Shown here in pieces: positions 38,174-48,125 of a DNA stretch of 64,000 bases (position 1 is the stretch's first letter; every line of letters begins with the position of its first letter). Position numbers and translations under genes: made by a program. The notes beneath the pieces were generated by a model that saw only the letters and a program-made list of their open reading frames with translations, did no database searches and was not told the origin of the DNA. The DNA comes from a virus (Duplodnaviria; Caudoviricetes), in IMG/VR virus record IMGVR_UViG_3300025168_016729, positions 637-64,636 of that record; one strand, written 5' to 3'.

Positions 38174-38860
38174 TTAATTAAATTCCCCGCTGTCCCACTT
38201 AGATTTAAACAATTTATATCTTGACCTCATTTTGTTTAAACAACTTACTATCTGTTTGGTATTTAATCCAGTGATTTCCCTTAAATATAAGTAAATCGCC
38301 TTCTTATTAAAGATTTCTATTTGTTCAATATTGGTCATCAAGGTTATAACAGCATTTAAAACTTTTTGCTCGTTTGGCTTCATTGGAATTTCTTGCCATC
38401 TTTCAATCTCAGATAATAGTGATTTCCAAAATTGAGCTTCCTCTACAGAGTCTAGTAAATTGGGTTGACTGGAACTTTGTATGGCATCAATTTCTTTAAC
38501 CATAGAATCATAAGTTACTTCTCTTCTGTTTTTGTTTGTTTGTTTTTTTGCTTTATGAGTAAACCAGTTCTTAGTTACAACTGAAAAATATGAAAAAGCT
38601 TTCGTTCCCTGAGTTGGGTCAAACTTACTAAGGATTGTGGTCAGCCAAATTTTGCAATCTTCTTTTAAATAATCTATATTTTCTAAACTAGTAAACTTGT
38701 ATGTATAAACAATTTTATCTACTAGTTCATTAAAAGCTGGCTGTATATCATTCACATATAAGCCTGTTCTAATAGAATTATCCTCAGTACTGCAATATTT
38801 TATTATTGCATTCTCTGTATCTTTAGTAAAATAGTGCCTCTTAGATTTAGATTTCTTCAT
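38174..38860 (-). CDS. Phage RNA polymerase sigma factor (gp55/late sigma-like)
   Basis: Region-2-like KFDPTQGTKAFSYFSVVTKNWF; N-terminal HYF; C-terminal helix-turn-helix-like segment. An alternative TTG start lies at 38875. Confidence 0.7.
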   Translation of the reverse strand: MKKSKSKRHYFTKDTENAIIKYCSTEDNSIRTGLYVNDIQPAFNELVDKIVYTYKFTSLENIDYLKEDCKIWLTTILSKFDPTQGTKAFSYFSVVTKNWFTHKAKKQTNKNRREVTYDSMVKEIDAIQSSSQPNLLDSVEEAQFWKSLLSEIERWQEIPMKPNEQKVLNAVITLMTNIEQIEIFNKKAIYLYLREITGLNTKQIVSCLNKMRSRYKLFKSKWDSGEFN

Positions 38861-39137
38861 CTTCGTCGTTTCCAAGCATCTGGCTCACTAAAATATCTAA
38901 CTCGTCATAAGTTTCAATCATTTGTTTTGTTTCTTTCAGTAAAGACTGGATAATTGGTTCGCCATAATACACTTCCATGTCATATACCTCTTTTATTAAA
39001 ATTTTATATTGCAGTACACTTTGTTTGAAAAATCCTAATGTTTCCCACCATGTTTGTACTCGTTTCATATATTCTCGGATATACCAAATTAAGAGAATAT
39101 TGATTAGGGCACTAATGATAAAAAAATATAAGTACAT
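38847..39137 (-). CDS. Small membrane-anchored protein
   Basis: Hydrophobic N-terminus YLYFFIISALINILLIWYI; Y.ME.YYGEP motif. Confidence 0.65.
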   Translation of the reverse strand: MYLYFFIISALINILLIWYIREYMKRVQTWWETLGFFKQSVLQYKILIKEVYDMEVYYGEPIIQSLLKETKQMIETYDELDILVSQMLGNDEDEEI

Positions 39138-39138
39138 T

Positions 39139-39399
39139 TTATTTTCTTTGTTTTTTCAAATCTTGTTTATGTTTATCTAAATCACTCGCAGCCTCTTTAA
39201 TTGCTTTTATGACTTCTTGTCCGGTAGTTTTTTTTTCAAGCGATTTAGAATCCCTGCTTGTATAATTTACTGATGTTATTATTTTGGACAGGAATCCTTC
39301 GGCACCACACAATTGACACTCATTAAGTACAGATCTGTAGGGATGACGATGTTCAAAATGTTTCACACATTTATCGCATGAATAACTATAAAGAGGCAC
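39139..39399 (-). CDS. FmdB-family zinc-ribbon protein
   Basis: MPLYSYSCDKC...FE......CQLCG. Confidence 0.85.
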   Translation of the reverse strand: MPLYSYSCDKCVKHFEHRHPYRSVLNECQLCGAEGFLSKIITSVNYTSRDSKSLEKKTTGQEVIKAIKEAASDLDKHKQDLKKQRK

Positions 39400-39407
39400 T
39401 TTAAATT

Positions 39408-39569
39408 TTATTCTTCAATTTTAAAAGTTGGAGGATTAGAAACAAATACCTCATCATCTTTAACTTCTAAGTCCCAATTACGTAAAAGTTCAGTAATGTC
39501 TTGTTCTTCCGTAAGACACTTTTGTAAAGTCATCAGAAGGGTCCCTACGGCTTGGTTTGATAGTTTCAT
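39408..39569 (-). CDS. 53-aa hypothetical protein (absent from the ORF track)
   Basis: The ATG overlaps the gmd stop (TAATG) with AAGGAG upstream. Translation: [53 protein letters not shown]; it fills the gap between genes. Confidence 0.8.
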   Translation of the reverse strand: MKLSNQAVGTLLMTLQKCLTEEQDITELLRNWDLEVKDDEVFVSNPPTFKIEE

Positions 39570-40555
39570 TATTTTATCTCCTTATTTTGGATATATTTGA
39601 AGTCAGCTTCAAACATTATCTTTGCTAGTTCTTTAAATCTGGTTTTTGGTTCCCACTTTAATTGTTCTCGTGCTTTTGATGGGTCTCCCAAAAGCAACGG
39701 AACCTCGTGAGGGCGAAAAAGTCTCTCATCTATATGAACATATTTTTCAACGTCCAGGTCTGCATGATTAAACACTTCTTCTAAAAATTCTCTAACTGTG
39801 TGAGTTTCGCCTGTCGCTATAACAAAGTCATCAGGTTTTTCTTCCTGCAACATTAGCCACATAGCCTCTACGTAATCCTTGGCATATCCCCAATCTCTCT
39901 TGGCATCTAGGTTACCTAAGAATAATTTTTCTTGAAGACCTAGTTTAATCCGTGCCGCTGCTAAAGTTATTTTACGAGTAACAAAAGTCTCGCCTCTGCG
40001 AGGCGATTCATGATTAAAAAGAATACCGCTACATAATTTAAGATCATATGATTCACGATAATTGCGGATCAAATGATGGGCAAAAACTTTTGCGCACGCA
40101 TAGGGTGATGCAGGTTGGAGAATAGTATCCTCGGATTGGGGAACCTCTGGGTTGTCTCCGAACATTTCAGAAGAAGATGCTTGGTAAAATTTAGTATGTG
40201 GGGATACACTTTTAATAGCATTTAATAATCTCATTGTTCCAATGGCCACGCCATCTACAGTATTTTCAGGTATATCAAAGGATACACGAACATGAGACTG
40301 AGCAGCAAGATTATACAATTCATCCGGCTGATACTTTATCAATAATGAATACATACACGATGAATCATTTAGATCAAAATATTCTAGGGTAAAATTATCA
40401 TGATCATAAATATGGTTTATTCTATCTGTATTAATGAGTGATGTTCGGCGTTTAAGTCCTACTACTTTATAATTCTTTTCTAATAACAACTCAGCAAGAT
40501 ATGATCCATCTTGTCCTGTAATGCCAGTAATTAAAGCTATTTTTTGTTTGGTCAT
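39569..40555 (-). CDS. gmd: GDP-mannose 4,6-dehydratase
   Basis: [70 protein letters not shown]. Confidence 0.97.
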   Translation of the reverse strand: MTKQKIALITGITGQDGSYLAELLLEKNYKVVGLKRRTSLINTDRINHIYDHDNFTLEYFDLNDSSCMYSLLIKYQPDELYNLAAQSHVRVSFDIPENTVDGVAIGTMRLLNAIKSVSPHTKFYQASSSEMFGDNPEVPQSEDTILQPASPYACAKVFAHHLIRNYRESYDLKLCSGILFNHESPRRGETFVTRKITLAAARIKLGLQEKLFLGNLDAKRDWGYAKDYVEAMWLMLQEEKPDDFVIATGETHTVREFLEEVFNHADLDVEKYVHIDERLFRPHEVPLLLGDPSKAREQLKWEPKTRFKELAKIMFEADFKYIQNKEIK

Positions 40556-40576
40556 AATTCATTTTACACTTAAAAT

Positions 40577-41512
40577 TTATTTTTTATAGCCTCTAATGTT
40601 CGGATAACTATTTTTAAACCACTCACAGGTCTCTAAAAGACCTTTTTCTATATTTGTATATGAAGACAGAGGAAACCCTAATGATTCTAAATTTGCATTT
40701 GAAGAGGGTTTCTTATGTTGTCCAGAAAGTTCCGAAATATTCCAATTAATGTCTGTTTTTAAATCCATTATCTTATGAATCAAGTTTGCCAAATCTTTAA
40801 TACTAAGACTAGAAGTGTTTCCTATGTTTATAGGGTGCTCTCCATCATAGTTTTCCAATAAAAATAAAACAACCCTAGCAATATCACCTACATAAGTAAA
40901 TTCCCGTATCGGTGATCCATCGCCCCACAATTCTACATTTGTATTATTAATTTTTGCTTCGTGCATTTTCCTTATCATAGCCGGAATAACATGAGAATCC
41001 TCTAAATCAAAGTTGTCATATTTCCCATACATATTATTAGGAACTACCGTAATGAAATTAGACCCATATTGTTGACGATATGCTCGGGACTGCACATCCA
41101 ACATTCTCTTTGCATATGCATAGGCAAAGTTAGTCCAATGAGGTTCGCCAAGGTGTATATTTTTTTCTTCTAAAGGGTAGGTAGTAGATGCCGGATAAAC
41201 ACAAGTACTCAACATAGACAAAAGCTTCTTCACATTGTATTTAGCAGCACACTTAAGGACGTTAGTGTTGATTAAAATATTGTCGTTATAGAAGTCAGCC
41301 AAATACGAATGATTTGCTTTTACTCCACCTACTCGTGCGGCTAAGTGAATTACAGACTCTGGCTTATATTTTTCAAACATACTGGCGCACTGGGAATATT
41401 CCCTGAGGTCGTATTGCTTAGAGGAAACAAAGTTGGCATTAGGTACAATCTCCTGAAGGGATTTACCCACCATCCCAGAGCCGCCTGTTACTAGTAGTTT
41501 GTCTTCTTTCAC
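40577..41512 (-). CDS. fcl: GDP-L-fucose synthase / GDP-colitose synthase (Fcl/WcaG/ColC-like epimerase-reductase)
   Basis: LVTGGSGMVG, HLAARVGG, STCVYP, YAYAK, P.N.YG..DNF....SHVIP, WGDGSPIREF. Confidence 0.92.
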   Translation of the reverse strand: MKEDKLLVTGGSGMVGKSLQEIVPNANFVSSKQYDLREYSQCASMFEKYKPESVIHLAARVGGVKANHSYLADFYNDNILINTNVLKCAAKYNVKKLLSMLSTCVYPASTTYPLEEKNIHLGEPHWTNFAYAYAKRMLDVQSRAYRQQYGSNFITVVPNNMYGKYDNFDLEDSHVIPAMIRKMHEAKINNTNVELWGDGSPIREFTYVGDIARVVLFLLENYDGEHPINIGNTSSLSIKDLANLIHKIMDLKTDINWNISELSGQHKKPSSNANLESLGFPLSSYTNIEKGLLETCEWFKNSYPNIRGYKK

Positions 41513-42670
41513 CTACTTTACTGAAGAATTAATAATATCAGAAATAATATCAATCTCCACCTCTCCCATTTCATGATTGTTTGGGATATACATGCCAAAC
41601 TTATCTACTTTTTCTGCATTAGGTAAAGATACTTCACCATAATGCTGCTTCCATACTGGTTGATTCCCCAGGTTTCCGCAGACCAGAGGCCTTACTTCTA
41701 TATCAGCATTTTGAAGATTTTCAACAATCTTTTCACGATGAGGAGAAATTACTGGATATGCAAAATTAGAAACATACTCATCCTTACGAATCTCAGGAGA
41801 CCAAAAATCGTTTTTAATTTTATCAGCGTAGAGTTGATAATTATGTTCACGAACTTTGCACATATTAGCTGCCTTCTTAAGTTGGTTAATTCCAATAAAG
41901 GCGCTTAGATCCGTGGACCTTAAATTAAAGCCAAAATGATAAAATTTATATAGGTTTTCAAAATCTGAAACTTGATGGGCTTCTCTCAAAGAATTTCTAT
42001 GATCTTCGTCCATGTCTCTATCCCAACCATGACTGCGGATACTCTTCAAGACATTATAAATCTCGCGATCATCAGTGTTAATAACACCACCCTCTATTGT
42101 AGATAAGTGATGTCCAAAATAAGTTGAAAAAGTACCCATAAGACCAAAGGATCCTAAATTTTTTCCTTTATGCCGAGAACCAAACGACTCACATGCATCT
42201 TCAAGAGGTATAACATTATATTTTCTACAAAGATCTAAAATTTTATCCATCCGAGGGACGAGACCCAAAATAGAAACAATAATTACTGCTGCTGGGTTGT
42301 TCTTTTTATATATGTCTTCTAAATGATGCAGATCAACAGATAGATCTTCTAGGTTACAATCACATAAGATGGGGTTAAGTCCTAGTTGAACAACTGGTGC
42401 TAAATCAGTAGCCCATGAAACGGCGGGTACAACCACCGTGTCTCCTTTTTTTATTTTGCCCGTTTCTAGCAACGTATATAGCATTAGTAAATTAGCAGAT
42501 GATCCTGAATTGACAAAGACGCTATATTTAGTTCCTATAAATTTAGACCACTCTTCTTCAAAAGTAACTGTAAGCTCTCCTTTTGTTAGCCGTGGATACG
42601 TTTGGAGCCACTCTATTAGCTTATCAATATCTTGGTTATCAATTGTATTTTTAACTAAGGGTATTTTCAT
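41513..42670 (-). CDS. colD: PLP-dependent GDP-4-keto-6-deoxymannose 3-dehydratase (ColD-like)
   Basis: VNSGSSANLL, EDACES.G and STYFGHHLSTIEGG (His in place of the Schiff-base Lys, diagnostic of ColD/E1-type dehydratases); RSHGWDR; GFNLR. Confidence 0.8.
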   Translation of the reverse strand: MKIPLVKNTIDNQDIDKLIEWLQTYPRLTKGELTVTFEEEWSKFIGTKYSVFVNSGSSANLLMLYTLLETGKIKKGDTVVVPAVSWATDLAPVVQLGLNPILCDCNLEDLSVDLHHLEDIYKKNNPAAVIIVSILGLVPRMDKILDLCRKYNVIPLEDACESFGSRHKGKNLGSFGLMGTFSTYFGHHLSTIEGGVINTDDREIYNVLKSIRSHGWDRDMDEDHRNSLREAHQVSDFENLYKFYHFGFNLRSTDLSAFIGINQLKKAANMCKVREHNYQLYADKIKNDFWSPEIRKDEYVSNFAYPVISPHREKIVENLQNADIEVRPLVCGNLGNQPVWKQHYGEVSLPNAEKVDKFGMYIPNNHEMGEVEIDIISDIINSSVK

Positions 42671-43584
42671 TGGTGTATCTCCACAAAAAATTCACATTCA
42701 AAGCGCCCAACATACTCAGACCTGTGATCTTCTAAAAAATTTTCTGATTTAGGGGACGCCAATACCGTGTTTATTTCCTGAATAACCAGATTTAAATATT
42801 CAGTAAATCCATCTCTCCAGTGGGGTCTATATTCTTTTCTTGTCATCTCTAGAGATCCATGAAGGTCGGGTCCAACTGGTTTTATCCCATAACTTAGACT
42901 TTTAGTCCTAGGGTGGGAAAATAAAATTCCCCACAAGGCAGGAGGAAACAGATTAGTAACACCTTTTTTACCAGCCCATTCTGCCGTCACTCTTAAAAAA
43001 TTTAGGGATTTCTCATTATCCTCATTGGTCAGGTTATCTTGGTATCCATATCCTGTTATTTCCTGGTTCAAATAATAGGCAGGGTGGGTGGGAAGAGCCA
43101 TTTGTGTTCTAAGAAGAAGTAATGAATTGCAAGAATCATATATCATTTTGATAATATCGTATGGCTGAGGGAGGTAACATAAAGTACTATCCATAATACA
43201 AATATCATATTTCATAGAGGGTTTAAACTCTGCTATATTCTTTTCTATAAACTTTACATTTTTATTTACTTTAAAATATTCTCGTCCTGTTTTTATGCAG
43301 GTAGAATTTATGTCTACCACTGTATAAGAAAAGGGAATGTTTTTGAAAATTTCTTTTTTTAAGAAATGGTACTTGCGGCCGTTGCCGCCGCCTATGTCAA
43401 TAACTGATATTTTTTCTTTTTGTTTTGAAATTTCTAAAATATATTTCTTGAATTCTTGATCAATTTTTGTACTGCTTATTAAAGTCTGAAGTGGGTAATC
43501 TACCGTATCGTACCCCAACTCTTCGGCGGTGTTGGGGTCGGACCATATTTTATTATTTAATGCATCATATACATTATCATTCAT
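42667..43584 (-). CDS. Class I SAM-dependent methyltransferase (probably sugar-modifying)
   Basis: VIDIGGGNG, YTVVDI and YDIC...TLCY motifs; lies inside the sugar cluster. Confidence 0.75.
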   Translation of the reverse strand: MNDNVYDALNNKIWSDPNTAEELGYDTVDYPLQTLISSTKIDQEFKKYILEISKQKEKISVIDIGGGNGRKYHFLKKEIFKNIPFSYTVVDINSTCIKTGREYFKVNKNVKFIEKNIAEFKPSMKYDICIMDSTLCYLPQPYDIIKMIYDSCNSLLLLRTQMALPTHPAYYLNQEITGYGYQDNLTNEDNEKSLNFLRVTAEWAGKKGVTNLFPPALWGILFSHPRTKSLSYGIKPVGPDLHGSLEMTRKEYRPHWRDGFTEYLNLVIQEINTVLASPKSENFLEDHRSEYVGRFECEFFVEIHQ

Positions 43585-44675
43585 TTAAAAAATTCCTTAA
43601 CAACACTAATAACTTTGCGTTGGTTTTCCTCTGTTAGGCTGTAAGATGAAGGAAGCGAAATTCCAGTGTCGTACGACAAAGTACTTTTTTTAAAGTTGTT
43701 TGAGTCTAGAGCTAAATTCTCATAACAAGGTTGCTTGTGAAGGGGGTAGAAAAAATCTCTAGTTTGAATGTTTTTATCAGCAAGAAATTTTTGTAGATCA
43801 TTCTTGTGCTCTGTAAAATAAGAAGCAAACCAATGTACCGGCGTGATATGAGGCTTAAAACTTAGAGGATTAAGTTCGGAGATATGCTGTAACTCTCTCA
43901 AATATTTGGTACGAATTTGGTCTTTTTTATTTATAATTCTTTCCAGTTTGTTAAGTTGGGCTAGTCCAATCGCTGCTTGCATCTCTGTAAACGCAAAATT
44001 ATAGCCTATGTGAGAATGAATAAAGACTCCCTTCTTGTCTCTCCCGTGGTTTTTTAAACGATAACAGGAGGCGGCCAACTCATCATCGTTTGTAAGTACG
44101 ATGCCGCCTTCTCCGCATGTGATTGTTTTATTCCCATAGAAAGATAAAATGCCTAAGTCACCAAACGTTCCAACGTGCTGGTTATCATATTTAACTCCAA
44201 CTCCCTGTGCTGCATCTTCTATCATGTATAAGCCATATTCTTTACAAATTTTTTGTAGCCTATAAAGATTAGCTGCTCCGCCATAAAGATGTACTGGCAT
44301 TATTACTTTGGTCGCCGATGTTATGCTTTCTATGACTTTATCACAATTTAATCCTAAATCTTCTAAATTTATGTCAACCATTACTGGGGTGGCACCAGTC
44401 ATAATTACCGCATTAGCTGTAGCGATAAAAGTCATATCAGGAACAATAACCTCGTCGCCGGGACCTACCCCTAGAGATTTTAAGCAGCAAAACAAGGCTG
44501 CTGTTCCATTTGTCATAGAGACAGCGTGTTTGGACCCTGTTAGATCTCTAATCTTTTGTTCAAATTCTTTTGTAAGATCGTGCTCAGTAACATAAGTGGA
44601 TTCAATCACTCGTAATAACTGAACTCTCTCTTCTTCGCCAATCCACGGCTCAATCTGATTAATAAAGTCCGTCAT
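43581..44675 (-). CDS. per: DegT/DnrJ-family aminotransferase, GDP-perosamine synthase-like
   Basis: NGTAAL, GPGDEVIVP..TFIAT.NA, VHLYG, IEDAAQ, SFYGNKTITCGEGG (Per-type), GYNF. Confidence 0.75.
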   Translation of the reverse strand: MTDFINQIEPWIGEEERVQLLRVIESTYVTEHDLTKEFEQKIRDLTGSKHAVSMTNGTAALFCCLKSLGVGPGDEVIVPDMTFIATANAVIMTGATPVMVDINLEDLGLNCDKVIESITSATKVIMPVHLYGGAANLYRLQKICKEYGLYMIEDAAQGVGVKYDNQHVGTFGDLGILSFYGNKTITCGEGGIVLTNDDELAASCYRLKNHGRDKKGVFIHSHIGYNFAFTEMQAAIGLAQLNKLERIINKKDQIRTKYLRELQHISELNPLSFKPHITPVHWFASYFTEHKNDLQKFLADKNIQTRDFFYPLHKQPCYENLALDSNNFKKSTLSYDTGISLPSSYSLTEENQRKVISVVKEFFK

Positions 44676-45036
44676 AAGACTTCTGCTCTTGGATATTAGA
44701 TTTGGCGTGAATATTAATCTTATTCTTTATAAGGAATCTCTTATCATTCAATTGGGCATCCAAGCGAGCATGTTTTACAAATTCATCCCCAAAATCATGG
44801 TTCTTTTCGCAATCACGAATAATATCCTCGGTTTCCCACAGGGTTAGATTAATTTCTTTCAACTCCTGTAGCATCTCTTGAGGAACAGAAACGTTATTCT
44901 CGTTGAGTCGGTGTTCCAATACACCTAATTCATGACGAACGTGTTTTAGTTTGTCTTCATCTTCAATTTTTTCTAACTTAATTTGCAAGATGGTGATTTT
45001 ATCTAAAACTTCACCGATTGATACTTCTATTTTCAT
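44659..45036 (-). CDS. DUF6165-like protein
   Basis: VSIGEVLDKITILQIK..I.D..KL..V..EL...LWETED.IR...F...F...AR....ND.R..IK..IN......I.EQKSY. Confidence 0.85.
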   Translation of the reverse strand: MKIEVSIGEVLDKITILQIKLEKIEDEDKLKHVRHELGVLEHRLNENNVSVPQEMLQELKEINLTLWETEDIIRDCEKNHDFGDEFVKHARLDAQLNDKRFLIKNKINIHAKSNIQEQKSYDGLY

Positions 45037-45909
45037 TTAGTCACCTCTTAATAAATTTAGATGGTAGTCTATTTTTAAAAACTTATCTACGTTTTCCATA
45101 TTATACGGTGTATTAGAAATTTGGTTAAATTTTTCTTCAGTAAGTTCATCCCATGTGTTTAGAAAAATTCCGGGTATATGATGATAAGAAAATAAATTGT
45201 ATATGGTATTATGTAAGTTAATGGGAATAGTTCCTACTGCCAAACATTCGTAATTACGATGTACATCAGGACCAGACCCTTCCAGACAAATAACAAATTG
45301 ATATTCATTCAATAGACTCATATATTCAGACCAGCCTAATTTATCTCTCTGGGTGTCTACAAAAGGCAATTTACTTAACATTTCAAAACACTTTTGTCGC
45401 TCCGGATTAGTGTTAAATGTATGATACGGTAAAAGAATCTTTTTCTTTTTATTTTGATGAGCAGTTGACTGCTCATTATGAGAAATAATAAGACTTTGAT
45501 CGCCACCGGCTCTTTCTTTTTCTTCAAATCCAATTGGAAGAGGAATAATTTTATCATGCAAGATATCTGGAGGATTTGTACACGACCATTTTATAAGATT
45601 AGGATTTTGTAGTATCTGCTGATAAGATAAATCACCATTAGAGCCAATATGATAGGAAGATATGCCACTAATCAATTTAAAAGGATTTTTAATCTTAGGC
45701 AAGATTTCATTTTGAAAATAAGGATGAAAAATATAGTCAGTCTTTACATAAATTATATCACCCGCTTGTACGTCTGTTGGATCAAAATGATCCTTATTGT
45801 GTAGCCTGCTCACGCCAGCTTCTTTATAAAAATCATCCGAACGGTCTATTGCATGATCTGCAATTGCTGGCATCCAGTTATAGAAGATATATGAGTTTTC
45901 ATTAATCAT
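45037..45909 (-). CDS. Exostosin/GT47-like glycosyltransferase
   Basis: PLPIG, Y...L..Y.FVIC.EG.G.D.HR.YE.L..G.IP. Start placed at 45909 (overlaps the upstream stop). Confidence 0.65.
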   Translation of the reverse strand: MINENSYIFYNWMPAIADHAIDRSDDFYKEAGVSRLHNKDHFDPTDVQAGDIIYVKTDYIFHPYFQNEILPKIKNPFKLISGISSYHIGSNGDLSYQQILQNPNLIKWSCTNPPDILHDKIIPLPIGFEEKERAGGDQSLIISHNEQSTAHQNKKKKILLPYHTFNTNPERQKCFEMLSKLPFVDTQRDKLGWSEYMSLLNEYQFVICLEGSGPDVHRNYECLAVGTIPINLHNTIYNLFSYHHIPGIFLNTWDELTEEKFNQISNTPYNMENVDKFLKIDYHLNLLRGD

Positions 45910-46612
45910 ATTTGATAATGCTCCATTTTTTAGTTGTATAATTACCCAAAGGCTGATTTCTAAAATCATGATAAAAGATGTGATCTGTTTGTGCGTATAA
46001 ATCTATGAGTGATTTAAAAGAACTCTCCATGCAATGAATTTCTTCCGCTTTTTCTAAAATCAAAAAGAAATGAAGAGCATTTTCAGTAATATCATTTTCA
46101 ATAACAAGAAGATCAGGATTTAAAATATGTTTTCTATCAACCTTAAAGCCTCTACTCTCGTCATCATGAACGAAAATAAACTTTTCGTTATTAGGGTTTA
46201 ACTTACTTAAAACTCTCTCTTCTTCCTTTATATCTCTTTCTACATAAAACATATCTGTGCGTACTTCATAAGGTATTTTTACCTGGTCATAGAAAAATTC
46301 CCAACAATTCTTATCGTACTTTTCTTCTTCCTCAAATGGATAAAACTCATGGCCAACTCTCAAAAAATGAGAACACTTACCCGAGTTGGCATATTCCGCT
46401 ACCTGCTCATACTCGTCCTTATTACCATCAATTTTAACAACAATTATTTTGTCATTATCACGGTACATATACTCAATCATTTCCCAATACTGGTGTTTAG
46501 AGAATATATGAACCTCATCAAATTCAGATTCCTTAAGAATATATCTAACCATCCCATTACAGTCAAAATGATCGCCTAGTCCCAGATGGTGATGAATGCA
46601 TAAACTTTTCAT
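45902..46612 (-). CDS. Putative GT-B glycosyltransferase (fucosyltransferase/GT9-like)
   Basis: HHHLGLGDH...NG; FIFVHDD..RG; AEEIHCMESSF..L.D. Confidence 0.55.
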   Translation of the reverse strand: MKSLCIHHHLGLGDHFDCNGMVRYILKESEFDEVHIFSKHQYWEMIEYMYRDNDKIIVVKIDGNKDEYEQVAEYANSGKCSHFLRVGHEFYPFEEEEKYDKNCWEFFYDQVKIPYEVRTDMFYVERDIKEEERVLSKLNPNNEKFIFVHDDESRGFKVDRKHILNPDLLVIENDITENALHFFLILEKAEEIHCMESSFKSLIDLYAQTDHIFYHDFRNQPLGNYTTKKWSIIKYD

Positions 46613-47433
46613 AAGTATTCTTTCCCAAATGTCACTAATTCTTCTACATAATTATCTAAAATATATTGACGATAATTTTTCTGCTGCTCAAGATCATCAT
46701 ATACAGAACAATCAAACTCTATATCACCAATAATTTGTTTAGGGGTTTCCAAGGGCATGAAGTCTAAGTTATTAACAACCGGGTCATAACGATGATTTAT
46801 AAATTCCGTTGTGTGTTTATAATTGTGAAATTCATAATGTTTGTACCACAGTTGTTTCAGGGCATAAAATCTACGATTAACTGCCTGAAGGTGTATAATT
46901 CCTATATCCTTGGTGGCAGACTTAGGTAATGAAACTGGGGGTGTTCTTGGGGTATGATACTTCCAGTCATCCATGTTAAAATTACCAGTCTTATCCAAGG
47001 GTAAAATAAAGCTTCTAAAGTTATTCACATATTGAGGATCTTGTCTTGTTTGGGTCAATGTATTGTTAACAACATTATACCAATACAAATGCCAATCCAC
47101 TGTTTCGTACAAAGAAATAATTTGAGAGAAATTATCCACTAAATTAGCCGACAAAAGTTCGTCACAATCAAAACATATTACATGACTTGCTTTATTTTCT
47201 CGGCTATATTCTAGCATCTTTGACCGGTTGTATGATTCGTGAAACTTATCTAACTTATCATTTAGGATGATGGCTCGCGAGCCTAAATGCTTCTTAATAA
47301 TGTTTACCGTATCATCCGTAGAATTATCGTTATAAAAAACAAATTTTTCTAATGGATATTTTTCCCATATCGGCAGAAGAGCACTCAATAAAACCTCTTC
47401 GTTTTTTACCATTATGTTTCCATGAACATTCAT
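46609..47433 (-). CDS. GT2-like (GT-A) glycosyltransferase
   Basis: MVKNEE..L, ND.STDDT and the DCDE DxD motif. Confidence 0.8.
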   Translation of the reverse strand: MNVHGNIMVKNEEVLLSALLPIWEKYPLEKFVFYNDNSTDDTVNIIKKHLGSRAIILNDKLDKFHESYNRSKMLEYSRENKASHVICFDCDELLSANLVDNFSQIISLYETVDWHLYWYNVVNNTLTQTRQDPQYVNNFRSFILPLDKTGNFNMDDWKYHTPRTPPVSLPKSATKDIGIIHLQAVNRRFYALKQLWYKHYEFHNYKHTTEFINHRYDPVVNNLDFMPLETPKQIIGDIEFDCSVYDDLEQQKNYRQYILDNYVEELVTFGKEYL

Positions 47434-48125
47434 TTCTTTTCATCCCGGCTATTATTATAAACATCATCAAAAAATTCGTCTGCATCCAGAATCTTATCAT
47501 TGCCGGCATATGCCTGTCCTATAAAATGATTAGCGTCACGGGGATGAGAATAAGGAAAAGTTGGCTCGCCATAATGGTTTCCAAAAAATTCATCATGAAC
47601 AAAAACATTACCTCGTACAAGTGGGTAGATTTTTTCTCTTAAAAAGTTTTGATCAACTTGCCAAAAATCACCTTTAGAGTACTCGTCAATATAATTCTTC
47701 ATATGTTTTAGGAAAGGATTTCTAACTCCCCACATGCCGCCTAAGATTTCCGTTGCATGATAAGGGTGATCACGCATTATATGAAAATCTTTATCACTTT
47801 CCAGCCACTGCTGAACCGCTAAAACCTCTCTAGTTGTTGGTCGGCTATCTACATCTCTACAGATCATAACATCAACATCTGGATCAGATGCGTCTTCAAA
47901 TCGCCAAAACATTCCTTTCCAATTACACTCTTCGGTTCTTAAAATTAGTTCAGTATTATTAAAGGAATTTAAAGTTTCTATAATCTTTATTGGAGTTGAA
48001 TCTCCAATATGAAATCTACATACCCAATCTTTATACAATCTTTGAGCAAGCTCTACATTTCTGATAGCGCCGTCAGTATAGCGTGTATCATCGCCCCATA
48101 GTGAGTATGAAATAATTTTTTTCAT
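47430..48125 (-). CDS. Putative GT-A glycosyltransferase (conserved viral family)
   Basis: ISYSLWG, GMFWRF, RDVDSR (DxD), FHIMRDHPYH..ILGGMWG, DQNFL. Confidence 0.6.
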   Translation of the reverse strand: MKKIISYSLWGDDTRYTDGAIRNVELAQRLYKDWVCRFHIGDSTPIKIIETLNSFNNTELILRTEECNWKGMFWRFEDASDPDVDVMICRDVDSRPTTREVLAVQQWLESDKDFHIMRDHPYHATEILGGMWGVRNPFLKHMKNYIDEYSKGDFWQVDQNFLREKIYPLVRGNVFVHDEFFGNHYGEPTFPYSHPRDANHFIGQAYAGNDKILDADEFFDDVYNNSRDEKK

